A stretch of 64,000 nt of DNA from Lingula anatina (Eukaryota; Animalia; Brachiopoda), in assembly GCA_051362555.1 (NCBI GenBank), contig CM120642.1, forward strand, positions 5,518,001-5,582,000, in the 5' to 3' direction. Of this stretch, positions 36,828 through 51,382 are shown piece by piece (the stretch's first letter is position 1; the number at the start of each line of letters is the position of its first letter). A program made the position numbers and the translations under genes. The notes under the pieces were generated by a model, which was given only the letters and a program-made list of their open reading frames with translations, did no database searches and had not been told where the DNA came from.

Positions 36828-38750
36828 TCACCATCTCTCCATTGCATGTAACATAGGGAAAAAAACATATCCTCTGTCCCAAGGCAAACATATCAGTTTC
36901 TTTGCAATATCTGTATGATCTATGAGTTTTCGCTTGTAACGTACCCTAGAATTCCTCAAAACAGCAATATTTAATCGTTTAGAGTTGCATGGGCGCTCAA
37001 AAAAATTATCTAGCTTCTCCCTGCCTACAACATCACAAACATACACCCTGCCATCCCTTTTTTCATTAACAAATGCGACATCGTTGTTATTTAAAAGAAA
37101 GCAGCTGTCCTTTCTTCTTGTTGATACACAGATATAAATTTTCTTCGGTGTTTGTCTGCAGTTGCTCTTTTCAATGTCTACAATACGCTTTGCTATTTGA
37201 GCTATCGGATTCTGTGCTTTTCTAACACTTCTTTTTAATTTTTGGAGGTAATTTTCATAGGGGAAGGCACATAGCTCATTTAAAGAGATCCCATAGTGTT
37301 GAACATCATCGGCTATGTGAAGTAATGAGTGAACATTATATGTCAAAAAAGCCTCTCCATATATCAGTTTTGACTTTTGGACAAAATATTTCAACAGTTC
37401 TCGTGCATAGACTAAATGGTCATTACGGAATTTTTCATCGCCTTCTAGAAGTACTGACATTGCGACAGACAGAGATAGAAAATGTTCATAAATGACCTCA
37501 GGCACAACTGTACGTAATACCAAAGGCCCTGTATACAGTAGAAATTGTCTGAATTCTGTGGCTTTCCATCTATCAATATAGTACAGTGACCGAGGTTGTC
37601 TAACAAATTCTCTTGGTAGTTTTCCATTCAGGGCTGTCAACTGGTCTGAAAGCATCTGTAAGTACCTATGTGAAAGTCTGCATTCTCTTGGGCCACATTT
37701 AAGAAATGTTAAGATACGCTTGACTATGCCTAGGCATACCAAGTGCATGTAGTCCAGAGGAAAACATTTTATGCATGAAATACCGGCATCAATCAAAGGT
37801 GATTTTTCATTCTGATGGTCCTTGTAATCCAAACAATTAAACTGTGCATCTGACCTTAAGGCGGGTGTAGCATCATCATCATCAATAATAAAAACAACAC
37901 GTCCATTCCATTTGCCTTTGATCAGACATCTTTCACATGCGTGATATGCATTATGCCCTTTGATGCATTTTAAAAATGCTCTGGCAGGAGCATCGCATAT
38001 AAATGCATAAACTGACACTGTCATTATAGCATCCCCAACTGTTATGCCATTCTGGGTTAAATCATTCAACTCGTTCAATAAGTCTGCCAAATAGTCATGC
38101 ACTGAGATCGGTTTTGATGTACCACAATATAATGCTACTACAAACGGTTCAAAATCTTTAATACTGCACAATATTGGCCACATCTGTGTGTTTGAGCTCT
38201 TAAATAGAGGGACCCCGTCAACATTGAATGTCAAAATGATGTCATTTACATCTTTAAAGTACACCGGATGAGTTGAAACCACTTTAAGAATCCCACTCCT
38301 AATTCCTAAATACAGATAATCACCGCCACATTTTTGTATGTTATTGATGGATCGGGGAGTTTGCAGAAGTGTGCGCGCATCACAAGGAACCCTTAGGCCC
38401 TGTTTTCTAAGTATAGCTAGTAGTTCATTGATTGCAGAGCGAGTACGCCCATTCTTAGTGGCCCACTTGGATAAATCCTGCACTATATCAGGGGCAACAT
38501 CTTGAGCAGACAGGTTGTCAGATTCTGATGTAGAATGAGAAGTTGTCTCTCCATCAACTTCACTTGCAAAAGATGGGCAATGATCAGTCAAACTGTGGTC
38601 ACTGTCAGATTCAGCAACAACATTTTTAGAAACATCATGATTTCCGAAATGCATTTCAGGCATATTTTGTTCATCACTCTCATCTTCGCTAAGTTGTGCA
38701 ATTAATTCTACCTCTGCACGTAACCTTCTCCAATTCCTTTTATAAGCCAT
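36828..38750 (-). CDS. CMC/EnSpm-type DDE transposase (likely start MAYKRNW at 38750, 640 aa)
   Basis: Motifs FNVDGVPLFKSS, CDAPARAFLKCIKGHNAYHACERC, PLDYMHLVCLG, WKATEFRQFLLY, YNVHSLLH and AFPYENYL in an uninterrupted ORF. A polypyrimidine-CAG acceptor lies 11 nt upstream of this ATG. Confidence 0.9.
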   Translation of the reverse strand: MAYKRNWRRLRAEVELIAQLSEDESDEQNMPEMHFGNHDVSKNVVAESDSDHSLTDHCPSFASEVDGETTSHSTSESDNLSAQDVAPDIVQDLSKWATKNGRTRSAINELLAILRKQGLRVPCDARTLLQTPRSINNIQKCGGDYLYLGIRSGILKVVSTHPVYFKDVNDIILTFNVDGVPLFKSSNTQMWPILCSIKDFEPFVVALYCGTSKPISVHDYLADLLNELNDLTQNGITVGDAIMTVSVYAFICDAPARAFLKCIKGHNAYHACERCLIKGKWNGRVVFIIDDDDATPALRSDAQFNCLDYKDHQNEKSPLIDAGISCIKCFPLDYMHLVCLGIVKRILTFLKCGPRECRLSHRYLQMLSDQLTALNGKLPREFVRQPRSLYYIDRWKATEFRQFLLYTGPLVLRTVVPEVIYEHFLSLSVAMSVLLEGDEKFRNDHLVYARELLKYFVQKSKLIYGEAFLTYNVHSLLHIADDVQHYGISLNELCAFPYENYLQKLKRSVRKAQNPIAQIAKRIVDIEKSNCRQTPKKIYICVSTRRKDSCFLLNNNDVAFVNEKRDGRVYVCDVVGREKLDNFFERPCNSKRLNIAVLRNSRVRYKRKLIDHTDIAKKLICLPWDRGYVFFPMLHAMERW

Positions 38751-41492
38751 GTATGCATAAACTGCAACAAAACAAAATAATTTTTGAAATACAAAAAAAG
38801 AAAGACATGAATACCCAGCTAGAACAGAAGCCAGGGCTGCCAGAGAGACTGCCAGGGAGACTGCTCTTTTGCAGTCTGGGGCTCCAGTGTGCAGTCTTCT
38901 TGAGCAGGCAGACTGCAAAGGAGGCTGCAATATCTTAAACATTTTCACAATGTACTGCAAACTAAACTGAAATAACTGACATTTTCAATGTTGGGCCAAC
39001 CTATGCAATAAACAACCCAATAGTTATTTAAAAAGTGTTTTTCTTTGCAACTGAGAAGCACAATGTGCTAATCTTTTTATCCGTAACCTGCTATAGTTAT
39101 CAGGCTGAAAAAATTTATTTTATTTTATTTTATTTTTTTAATTTTTTTTGATGAAGAGCTTGTCAATATGACTTTAAATTGTTTGGGTTAATAGCAGTTT
39201 TTGGCTTTATCCTTCAAGTTATATACACACCTATAAAAATTTTGAGTGAACAGATTTACATTTTTTAAATAATGATGTGAAAATATTTATTATTATTATT
39301 GCTTTTATTATTATTGAAATCACATTGCAAGCAGACTGCAGAGGGGACTGCTTTTCTAGCTGGGTAGAGAAGTCGAGAAGAGATATAAAGAGAAAATAGA
39401 GCTTAGCATTTTTGTGATTTGTCATACAAATTTATCTGCATATACATGGGTGAACGATCGCAAGGATAGTGAAAGGAATGACCAGAGGGTGTGGAGTAGT
39501 ATTATAGATCCGTATAAATAATCTCTTTATCATAACCCCCCCCCCCCCAGAAATTGGATATTGTGGACATTCATCTTGATTTCCATGTTCTGTCTTAAAT
39601 ATGTATTTATATATTTTACTAAAGTAAATAAAAACGGTGCAATAAAAACCATTAAGAGATACAATTCAACCTCCTCACTTTTTTCACCATTGCTGAGCTT
39701 TTTGTGTACTCAAAATGACTTTATCAATTTAAATGTCAATCAGAAAAATCATTAACTTCAAATCAAGGTGGACAGACACAAGGACTCATTATAACTTTAT
39801 TGTAATTGAACTCAAAAACATGATGACCAGGCTTGAAACATGAACATGCAGTAAGATGTATGCTTATATATTAGGTATCAAATATTATTTAAAGCTACAT
39901 TTGTACTTATTCTTAATTCCAACAAAAACAATTTACCACCATGTTTCAGTCCCCCCCCCCTCCAAAAAGAAAATTTAATTGAATTAAATAAATAAATAAC
40001 ATAACATAGCTCAGTGTTTTATTTACAATTTGGAACTAGAGAGTCAGATGACTCGCTGACACTACAGAATACGAGTCATTTTTTTATTTTCAGGAGTCAA
40101 AATTTTCCCGCCTTTTTTTAATAGGTAATTTTTACTAGTAATGATGCATATATTATATAAATATATTATGTAAATAGATTGTATATGAATTGATGTTGTT
40201 TATTCGTAATTGTTGTATTCCAGACTAAAAGTATAGAATTCTATCGACAGGAACTGAAGCATTCAAAAAAAAAAAAAAAAAAAAAAAAAAGCTTTTGTAT
40301 AAGTAACCCAAGTGTATTCAACATATGACAACAAACACACTAACAGTCATACAACTTCAAAATGATATGGACAAAAGTATGCATTTTGATTCTTTTTCTA
40401 ACAAAAACCATTTAAACGAAGGATTATTAACATGATTAAACAAAAAATCATCAAGATAAACGATAAATTAAATTGATATGGATAAACTTTGTGTTGACTA
40501 GTATGTAAAAAAATTGTCAAAAATTATATGGACATAAATGGAAAACAAATTATATAGGAGGGAATAATATTGTCAAACACAAAAAAGAAGATAAATAAAG
40601 ACAAGGAATTTCAATAGAAAATTGCTATGGCAATTACAAATAATATTCCAATCTGGAAAAATTATGTTTTGACTATTAAACATAAAAACACAATACTAGA
40701 CTTTACCTGTGATTTTATACACATAGTGTGTAACATATTTTAAGCATTAAGAGTAATCTCTGTCACCAGTTTGCGGACTTAACTGTTTTTTAGGTCAAAC
40801 CATTTTCATTTGGGTCTTAAAACGCAATGAAACATTTAAATTGAATTTAAAAACCCGTATTGTGCCTAGCAGCATATTGTACTATTAGTGTACTATCGGT
40901 GGCAAGTTGACATACTTTTTTCAACACAACAACGATCGGAAATAGGCCTACTAGTAGGTTTTTAATCGGCAATATTACAACACTTTTGAAAGTAATTAGT
41001 TGTGGCTGTCATACATTAGGGTCAAATGACGCACTAAATAATATTTTTTTGCGTCAATTTTAGGATTCATGCGTATTTTACGCATGACGCAGAGGTAAAT
41101 AAAACACTGAATTGGCTAATAACAAGGGTTAAAACAGTGTCAGACAATGGCAAATATATACTAAATTTAATAAAATGTGCAGGATGTGATTTAATTTTGA
41201 TTGTTTCCCCACAAAAGTATTACTCAATCTTATGTAAAGAATGAGAGAGCACTCAATACTTAGTTCAAGATGAATAGACTGAAGGCTAGATTGACAATAC
41301 ATCTATTACTGCAAGGGGTCATTTTAGATTTCACAAAAACAATATCTGAAAAGTATCTTAAATTTCATATTGGAAAAAATTTATGATACATGTAGAATAG
41401 AACCACAAAGAAGAAATTGCATGTGATGATTTGCATTTTCAATAAGTTAATTTTACTCATCTCCCTCCCACGGCCCCTTTTTATTTGTTACT

Positions 41493-41535
<43 letters not shown>

Positions 41536-41538
41536 GCA

Positions 41539-42151
41539 TAGACTCGCCCTTCAAGAAATCGACGCCTTCAAGAAATCGACGAAAACCGGAAGTGCGTGTA
41601 TTTTGCACTGTTTTTCCTGTCATGCCCATCATAAACACTGTGTTGTCAAGGAAAATGAAGCGTCTGATACAAAGTATCAAACGCGGCATTCACGTGCTTG
41701 CTGGCGATGCGTTCAGTACACTTTGTTTACACTGACAAGTCGAGGTCAGAAAAGCACAATGTTTTTCTATGTAATTACGCAGTTTCAATTTTGATTAGTG
41801 AATTTTCTTTTATCTGCATGGTCATTTTCCGAACATTTGTATAAGCCACGAAATATTTCTCATCGGAAAATCACCCAGCAGCTTTCCAAGTACAAACGAG
41901 TGACGTCATGACGCACTTCCGGTTTTCGTCGAGATCTTGAAGGGATTAGCGTTACGGTTTGCTGCACATTGAAAGCGTTCTATCTCAAAATGTACTCAAC
42001 TGCTTGGATTGAAATTTACAGAACTTATTCTTCACATGATAACACACATATGTGCTTAATTTGAGAGCTTTAGCTGTTATATGTTTTTTACAGTGCCCAT
42101 TCAAATTTGAAAAAGAGCTATTTTCCGTCGATTTCTTGAAGGGCAAGTCTA
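41539..42151. mobile_element. Academ-like non-autonomous DNA transposon (613 bp)
   Basis: TIR TAGACTYGCCCTTCAAGAAATCGACG, 3-bp TSD GCA, and an additional internal inverted repeat (41566-41598 / 41911-41943). Confidence 0.75.
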
Positions 42152-45100
42152 GCATTGTAAATTTCACACTGAAAGGTCTAACTTGTTTATTTACCTAAAT
42201 TGTTCTATTTTTAACGTATTGACGTAATGTGTTTCCCACAATGCACTGTTGCTACACTGAAGTTCACGTGTTGAAGCTGCGTCCGTCAGTTGGAGTTGAG
42301 CGGGCACCTGCGTTAGACGTGTTTACATCGATTATCCGTGTTGATTACAGTATCACGGCGATGGAAGATAATTTCTTGTCATAGTGAAAGCATGGAGTAA
42401 TTGTTGCTAAACAAAACTTGTGCGAAATTGTACAGGGGGCACTTTTAAAGTTTTTAGATCAAAATATGCTTTTCTTGTAAGATGTCCCAGTACCGCATGG
42501 ACAAAATCGGCGCTGCTCTACCGAAACATTTGGCTGTTCAAGGCAACTCGTGAAAGGTATGATGCAATTTAGTAAACTGAAACGTTTAGAATCTATATCG
42601 TTGGTTAGGATACATTGTGGTTACTCATGTGTGGACGTAAAGTTTAATTTTTGCAGTAGGCCTATTCCCCCATCGCCATATAACGAAAAACTTTGATTTC
42701 TATCTCTCTTCTAAATGTATTTGTGTGGTGACTGAGCAGTAGGTTTTTACATTAAACTTAATGCCATTCAAATATTCTGAGATCTGTGGCCATCACTTGC
42801 GTCAAAATTTGCTGTGACCTCGTTGGTCAGAGGTTGAAGGTTTTATGAAAAAAGATAAAATTCGTGATTTCTAAACTGATCTATTGCAATAGCAGAAACA
42901 ATTATCACAGTCACCACATAACTTGTTTTGATAAACATTTTAAATGAGAGGTTTATATAAGTTTGTTTGGGGGACTGCTGCAAGTACTTGAACGTCTGTT
43001 TGCATATAGATCGAGTTGCCTGTCACTTTCCCACGCTAGTTTGTTACTTTGTTTCTAATTGTGGCATTCAATCTGTTATGGAATTTTCAAATTTGGTCTG
43101 TGAGTGAATGTTTGCTTGATTAAAGCAAGACCATTTATATTTCAGGGAAGGGGGCTGTATTTAAGACAATAAGTTTTTCTTCTGTTTTCCTTTCAGTTGA
43201 TAACAACAATAACTTTTTTTAATCTCAGAACCAAGCACCCCTGCACTTAAGCATTTGTTTTTATGGGAGGGGGGGGGGGGGGGCATTTCACTCCAGACCA
43301 TTTGACTTTTATAAATGCCCTCTGTAAATTAACAGATCATCATGGACTGAATTAAAAAACTATCTGCAGTGTTGCCAACTCTACATGTAAATGAACATTT
43401 AAAGTCTATGCCAAATTTTTTAAAGCCTGTTCTACTTCAGCCAAGCAGGGTCCAAAAACGAGCAAGTGCCCGAAAAAAAAAAATTATCTCACTTTCTAGC
43501 CCTGTGCCGCTAGAGGTGGGCAATTGCTAGTCTAATACGATATTATAATTGTGGGGTATGTAGACTTCATATTCACGTAGCCTTCTACTGAAATTTTGTC
43601 GTTTAGAGTGAGCTTGCGTTCGTCAAAGTCGCACTGAGCGGTAAAATTTGACCTTGGCAACATCGTAACTTTGGTCACTATTCCTCAACTAGAGAGTGTG
43701 CGGGAAATTCCGGATAAGACATGACGTATCTTTTAATCAATATTGTATGTATAAAAAATCATTAAAATCCATCTTTGGAAAAAAATTGTTGCAGAATTTT
43801 TTGTACCAAAAATCGTGCAAAATCCAGGTTTTTGCGTCATCCATGACCCAAGACGGGCCCAACTCGGCGTTTGTTTACATTTGCAGATGTACTTAATTTT
43901 GGCGATTATCACAGGTTATTTTGGATATTATTACAGTTTTCAATTGATAGTCAAACAATGCGTGTCAGTTTTATATCTAACTTGTAAATTTAATATTGTT
44001 CCACCTTCTTTTTCTATGCCCTACTACCGGTACATGTACCTTGCATATGTTTCAATGTTACTTATGAAATTATGTAGGTAATTGAACATTTCTGAATCCA
44101 AAACTTAAGTTTAAAATAAAACAAAGTTGTTTTCCTTTATTTTCCACAGACAAATTCATCGTTTCTTAAATGAATATTTTAAAGGGTTAACAACTGTTTG
44201 TATGAGATTCACATTTAAGAATAAATAGTGTAAAGAACCCATAGGAATACAATATATATTCCATTTTACCACCAAAATGGTAGTTTTCACAATTATTTTG
44301 GAAACTGTTCTTGCCATCCAATCACATGGTGGCTGTACTCTGTAATAATCTTTTGAAATATTAAAATAAATTAAAAAATTACAGTACAGACTAATTTTGC
44401 ATGTCAAAACTGATTCAGTACCCCAGTAACTATTGGTGAGAAGGGGGAAATTGTCATTTACTCCAGGAGAATCCATTTTGGGCTGATATGAACAGTTACC
44501 TCTTTTATATTCAATAAAAAACAGAGGGTAAAAAAACAACAGGATATAATTTTATTTTCAAAACAATGGTACAAGTATACATGCACAGGAAGTCCATATG
44601 CATGGGCGCTAGTAAGAATTCACAAAGTATTTAGTTATACAAAGTGTGTAAAAATGTAAAAAATACATAAATAAAAACAAAAAATATTTCCAAAATTAAT
44701 ATAAAATTTTCACTTTCATTGCACTAGGTTGAACTTAATGACTTTCCTATCTTTTTTTTTTTTTTTTTGCTGAAGAAATTTTCATACATGTTCCGTCTTC
44801 AAATGCGTTATCTCAAAATACATTAGCTATCCTTTAAAGACTGAAAATAAGAGAAAAATATGCTGATCACCAAGGGCAATTTATGTCTTTATTCAAAGCA
44901 GTTCCATATGCTTCTATTTGATATCTGATACAAAAATATGGAAATATGTATCTTGCTCCCTAAAAGGGCTCTACCTGTATTTGTGAACACCAGTCATTAT
45001 ATACTGGGTACAAATGAATGTGGAGTGCAAGTATCTTCAAAATACCTCTGTTATTATTTTGGGATCCTTTTTTTCTTTTTAAATTCTTGGTTGAATGTGA

Positions 45101-45241
45101 ATAGCAATCAGCTGGCTCCTGGTAATCCATGTGAAAAATGTGTCCATAATATACTTGTTTGCAAAACTCACCGTTCCGAGATGAGCGGATAAGCTCCGCC
45201 CCCTTAGATATTGTTGCTACGTGTAACAAGCTATAGTCAAA

Positions 45242-46637
45242 ATGGCGACCGAGCAGACGAACATCGTGTCAGATTCCTTAGAGAAAATACCTGAAAATAT
45301 CGCAGTTAATTTCCTTCCGAATAGTAAATCTTTATCGAAAAAAGCTTTTGGAAAAGGACTGAATTATTTTACACAAGGTTATATTCACAATGTTAAGATT
45401 TCTGAGAGAAACGGAACAACTTATGTTGACGCAAACTGTTGGCGGTCGATGAGGAAAAATGAAGAACCGCACAAACTCCAAATCAAAATCGACGATAACA
45501 TGTTATCAGATTCATTTTGTTCTTGTAAAGCCGGGTAAGTTTTTACATTTTCTCCTTTTTTTCTTTCAATTAAGATACTTTTAGAGGTACAAATGTTGCG
45601 TACGCCGTTCACGCCGTTCACGCCTTTCATTTGATCTATTGACCCATTAGAGCCTGCGTCACCAAAACAAACGGCAGCCATGCTGGAGGGAGACCGGAAT
45701 CGTCTGCTGCGCATGAACAAGCCATGTCTGTAGTTCAGTTTTCGTTTTCTGTATTTTCTTTGATATTTAACCGAGCAAAATGATGAATTACTGCAGGGTA
45801 TTTCATCGAGAGAAAATAACTAACTTTACAATCGTTCACAGACTGCCTACAGTGGTAACAATCCAAGGTGAAGGAACTAAAACCATAAACGGAGGAGAGA
45901 CGGCGAGGTGGCTTTCAATCAAAACTCTTCGGAAAAGTAAAGGACAAAACTAATTTATTTTGTAGCAAAGAATGAAGAGCCAGCTGTGCAGATTTTTTAC
46001 CATAAAAGAAAAAACAGTAGAAAACCAAAGACCTAGGTGTGTACGTTTGGGACGCACGTACACTGCATATATATTTAAAGTAGTGCCCAAAAAGTTTGGG
46101 TGGAGAGTGTGTTAATTTGTTAAAACGTGTGGAAATGCCCAGGCAGGGTTTCGACTTTTATAATGAAGACTCACCTATTGCCTTGGGTGTAATTTGTTAT
46201 CAGTTTACGGTGCTCTCTAGATTTTATCGGCTGTCACCTACCTCTTTAATACCTGGTTAGCATTATTGCCGATTAGTGTCAAGGCTATATTTGTACTGTA
46301 CACAGCTGAGCTGGGCCAATTAAATCAATTACCTGTATGAAGTGTATTTGGAAGTTAGTGGCTTAATTTTCGATTTGGTGTAGTGATAAGAGTAATTTTA
46401 TTTTGCAAGTAAATTCTACCTCAGGTGTAATTGACATATAACCTCATGAAATGAATTTGCACTTTCCTCTGTAAAAATGTTAAATTCTGCTCCTTTCAAC
46501 TGTAATGTTGTAAGTTACAATATAAATAAAAATCACTATTGTTATCTTTCTATTAATTTACATCTAGGAAATTGATCAGGCATTTCCCACCAAGCCCCAC
46601 TGATTGGGTGCAAGTAAATTATATATATACAGGGGAC

Positions 46638-46704
<67 letters not shown>

Positions 46705-49700
46705 CTTTTGATGACAGGTACAAAAGGCAGTTAGATGACACACAAGGTAGAAGCAGCAAAAAATATTCCAAGATCTCTGTGACCAGCTGAGGAGACAGGA
46801 TCTGAACAAAAGGAGAGTGAAAACCAGTGCATGACAGGAGTTATTTAATTGAAGTGACACTCAGAACTCAGCATTTCATGTTCACTTTTATTCATACAAA
46901 ATGTGCACTTTTCCTATATGTTTAAGCAAATGAAGATCAATTCATGAACTGAATTATTGTTATTTTACATTGGACATCATAAATACATAAGTGTAAAAAA
47001 TGCCTTGCTTCTGAGAATGACTGAATAATAATAAAATCCTAACAATTGTATGAATGGTTGCATTCATGGTGAATATTAAACTCTCACAAACAACAGTCTT
47101 GTTACATGTACTTTCTAATGAACCAAAAAGAAGTACAAGAATGCTGAAATAATTTCTGACAGCTTCACGATGTAGAGATAAGTCATAACTGACAGCAATA
47201 TTTCATGTCATAAGACAATCCTGCATACATTCTTCCTTGAGTCCACAAGGGTTTATCCTGATGATCAGCTCAAATTTCTCCTTATATCTATCCTTTATGA
47301 AAAAAGTTGCTTCTATGTAAGGTTTAACTTATGATTACACATTAAACTCTCTCAAACCATAACTGTTATTACCCAATGAACAAGAAAAATGAAGTACAAG
47401 ATAACTGAACTATCTTCTGACAACACGATGTTGGATAAGTAGCATTTGGTAGGATTTCACGTTTTTAGACTGTCTCGAGTTCATATCGGTCGATCCCGCT
47501 GATCAGCAGAAGCTTCAGCTTGTATGTGTTCTTTTCCCTTTGGTGTACTTGATCGCGATATGAAGTTTATTTTATTTTATTTGGTTCACCTATATTACCG
47601 CTACTATTCCCCGTCGTTCATTCCCTCCAGCATGGCCGCGGGACTAGTGTTACGGAGCAAATATGACGTCACTGTAATGGGTTAATTATATCTAGCCTAC
47701 TGTAGTACCACACTCGTGGACATGTTTATATTTGCGCAATGAAACTTCTGTAGAATGTGACACGATATTGAGTCATTCAGAATGTGATAAATATATTTTT
47801 TGGTCAAATGGTGTCAAAGTGAGTATAGCGAATCTATCAGTTACATGTACACATTAAAACACCAAAACAATGTATGTACAACAAAATGAAAGATAATAAT
47901 TATATAAACAACACTATTCAGCAATTTATGAAAATTAATAGCCGTATGGTAGTGTATCAAATGAGTCTTGCTGAATGACACGTTTAGTGTACACAACCCG
48001 GTAAACTTTATCAAGTATACAAGTACATAATTAGATTTCTGTGTTTTACACACAATGATTAGAAAACCACCCTTGAAAACGTGTAAGTGTTCTCTTGTAT
48101 TTGATTTTTTTTTTTGGGGGGGGGGGGGGAGTATACATTTGAGTAAAAAAAGATTTTTACAGTTTGGAAAAATAATTCTTACCATATGAGGTGTATTAAA
48201 TTTGAAGCAAAAATATTAGTATCACTGCATCAAGAAAAAAATTTAAAAAGTCTTCACCAGACAAAAATCCAAAACCACCCCCTAGAAAATCAAATGGTTG
48301 CTGTCTCAGTGAGTTTTTTTAATAGACTGTTAACTTGCATTTTTTTCATCCCTATTCCCAGTATGTTTTGAATAAATTTTTAAAAATATATAGATATTTA
48401 TTTTCATGAATCCAGCATTTTCAACCATGTGCTGAATGCTTTATTTTGCTTTTCCCCAGAAAAATCATGAAAATTATTAATTTTTCAGTTTGAATGGACA
48501 TTGTTCCCATATAGTTGGACTCCTCAAGACACTCCAGGGATTTAAACTTCACAATTTCACACATGTACCAGACCAACAAAGCTGTACTAGCATACCACAG
48601 CAATGGCATGTACCAAGGGGTGACAAAATTCAGCCAGTGCCATTGAACCATGTTGTAGTAGCAAGGTCTGTTGGAAATAGGAAAAGACGTCCTGTTTTGT
48701 GTCACATTCAGCCAGACTGTGTGTAAGTATGCATTGGATATTGTACACAGATATCATTTGGGACGAGGCCTTTAAGATCTAACTTAAATAACTCATATGC
48801 TTGAAAGCCCATACTATGGTTTTTATTACATACTTTTTAGCAATAAAATTCTACAGAGATAATATTTTTATGTACAGTACAGACATCGGGTAGTTTGTTT
48901 TCGACCCGAGTGTAGTGTTACATTGTGTAACACTCAAATTACACTAGATGATTTAATAGTATTATTTCAAACCCTGGGTGTTCAAGTTATGTGAAAATAT
49001 TGTTGAATTTCAGATTACCAAAGATAACCCATCAAGACATCAACATCCTCAAAAACTTGAAAGGGACCCCATTGGCCTATTGCTTCAGTGGATGTTCCAA
49101 AAGTAGATACACCATTAGGAGAAGTGCAACTTGGCTCATATCTATCTTATCAGGTAAAAATCTGTGTGATATCGAATTACATTTTCGACAACAAGTTCTC
49201 ATCAGCTTTTGGCCAAAAATTGGCAAAATTGGGGTTAAAAAATCACTGTATACAATAAAGCATTTTTCACTTCTATATATACACATTTTCATTTAAATAA
49301 GTACCATTAAAAGTTATTTCTACAATTATACTTCATTTTTTAATCATCAATTATCTTCATGTGAGCTTTTATCAGTGACAAAAGTATCTTGAAATAAAGT
49401 TAAAAAGCAACATATTGTCCATATCTTATTTACACTCTGAAATAAGTTAGTTGGTATAATGTTTGAAATAATTTGGTAATTTTTAACTTTTGCAATTAGT
49501 CTTTCAATGTGAACCCTGTGTTTAGCTATTTTTTGAGTCTGGTATGTTTGTGCTGCTGTCATTTGGGCCCCACTAGATGAAAATGGAGGAATGTTCAATC
49601 TGAGCCCTAATGTTTTTAATTCTTTTTCTATTGTAAATCCTTTGTCAGCCATGACAGAGTCTCCTTCAGCAATATAACCTTGTTGCTTAAGCTTATCTAA

Positions 49701-50465
49701 ATGTTCAAAAAATGCACTCTGTTCAGTTATGCATTTATCAGATATAGACCCAGTAAATAGTTCTAAAATGAAAATAACAGATCCACTGGGATCACAGCCA
49801 ATAAGACCCTTCAGCGTTGTATTGGACTTGTAATCACTATACATCTGACTTTGCAAACCAAGAGCAGATGGAGTTTGTGTTTTGAACTCTGTACCATCAA
49901 TAATAACCAATGTATTTGGAAAATCAGCTTTAAAGTCTTTTGGCATATTCTCAATAATGATATTTCTATGTGGCCAAATTGACAGTTGTCCAAACTTAAG
50001 ATGCATGTGGACTATCCATGTATTAAAAACAATTCCAGCAGACTGAACAGTTAAACCAAACCTAATGGCAATATCCTTTAAACCAAAATTATGACGTAAC
50101 TGTATCAACACAGAAAATAAGCAGTCCTCTTGTGTCAAAATTTTATTATCATTCCGCCCTTTTTCATACTGTAGTATATAGTTGTCTGGTAGCAAAAAAT
50201 TGAACAGACTTTTAAACCTCTCATGAGTAATTCCTGTGTAGTACTTAAAGAGTCCTTATATCTTCTGTTCTTTGTCTAAAATGCTTTCTATTCCAAATTT
50301 CATTTGATCATTAATTTTTTCCTTCAGCTGTTTATTTTCGTTTTTCAATTTCATGATCATTGACTCCAATTGCTTGATTTTGTTATTTTTCAAGTCTAAT
50401 TCACCACGCAATATGTGTAAATCTGTAGATGTAGCTAACATGTCCATTGGAGAAACCCCTGCAAT

Positions 50466-50505
<40 letters not shown>

Positions 50506-51382
50506 GATAGATAAATAGATAGATAGATAGATTTACAATTATAATAAATGTATATGCTGACATGAGTTCTTATTTAAATATACATTTAATTTTCAATTAT
50601 GACTGGTTTATTTCAGACAAGAAACATCAAAAGGACAGAGTGTGTGGTGACAATCTGTTTTCAAACCATCGCCAGTGATTTTACCCGAGGAATATGTTAT
50701 TTTGAACAATGAATATAATGACACAGATTTTGTTAAGCTGGAACTTAAAACCAGATATCAATCTTTGTCAAAAGATTGGTTTGAGGCACGCAAGACCAGA
50801 CTAACTGCCTCAAATTTTGGTCGTGTGATCAATAGAAAATCAGTACCTACTGAAAATTTTTTACGAAACTTATTTTCATCAAAACAGATTACAGCTCCAT
50901 CTTTAGAATATGGAAAACGTCATGAAAGTGAAGCTAAGAAGGGATACATGGAGCGACACAGAAATACCCATTTTCATGAATGTGGGTTAGTTATTAACAA
51001 GGACTACGCATTCCTGGGGGCAACTCCAGATGGAAAGTTGTGTGACAATGGACAAACCGGAATTGTAGAAATTAAATGTCCCTTCACAGCAAGAAACATG
51101 AAAATTTTGACTGCATGCGAAGACATTGCCAATTTTTGTTTTGAAAACAATAATGGGGAAATAAGATTAAAAACAACCCATGACTATTACGCTCAAATTC
51201 AAGGACAGCTCATGATAACAGGATGCGACTTCTGTGAATTTATTGTATTTACACAATGTGATATGCATATTCAGATGATTATGCCAGATCAAGCTTACAT
51301 GACAGAACTTCTACAAAAACTATCCAGATTTTTCAAAGACTTTGCAAAACCATTTTTGCCTAATACTTTAAGCTTGAAATAA
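45242..51382 (+). pseudogene. SWIM zinc finger + YqaJ/lambda-exonuclease-like gene of ISL2EU-1 (4 exons, frameshifted)
   Basis: Exons 45242-45534, 48489-48722, 49014-49153 and 50617-51382. Splicing builds CSCKAGLNGHCSH. YqaJ motifs WFEARKTRLTASNFG, LGATPDG, VEIKCP and YYAQIQGQL are present. Exons 3 and 4 appear frameshifted. Confidence 0.85.
45640..47684. mobile_element. Non-autonomous element with AT TSD (ISL2EU-like) in intron 1 of the YqaJ gene
   Basis: Ends AT|TGACCCATTA ... TAATGGGTTA|AT, plus the subterminal inverted repeat GCCATGCTGGAGGGA / TCCCTCCAGCATGGC. Confidence 0.7.

Larger units (their letters stand above)
27481..39400 (-). mobile_element. CMC/EnSpm (CACTA-like) DNA transposon; one terminus visible
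   Basis: Terminus CCCAGCAGGCACA followed by many palindromic TCAACGTTGA subterminal repeats (27494-27730). Transposase and accessory gene lie on the minus strand. The other terminus is not seen, so the right boundary is approximate. Confidence 0.75.

Noticed and set aside
38751-38960. N-terminal 70 aa of the 710-aa ORF call
   Set aside because: It runs through a polypyrimidine tract and splice acceptor and is probably intron. The start at 38750 is preferred.
42300-45160. Possible exon remnants (GC-richer 42270-42560; ORF 44156-44539)
   Set aside because: Stops interrupt all frames and no motif could be confidently assigned. It is probably old transposon debris and needs BLASTx.
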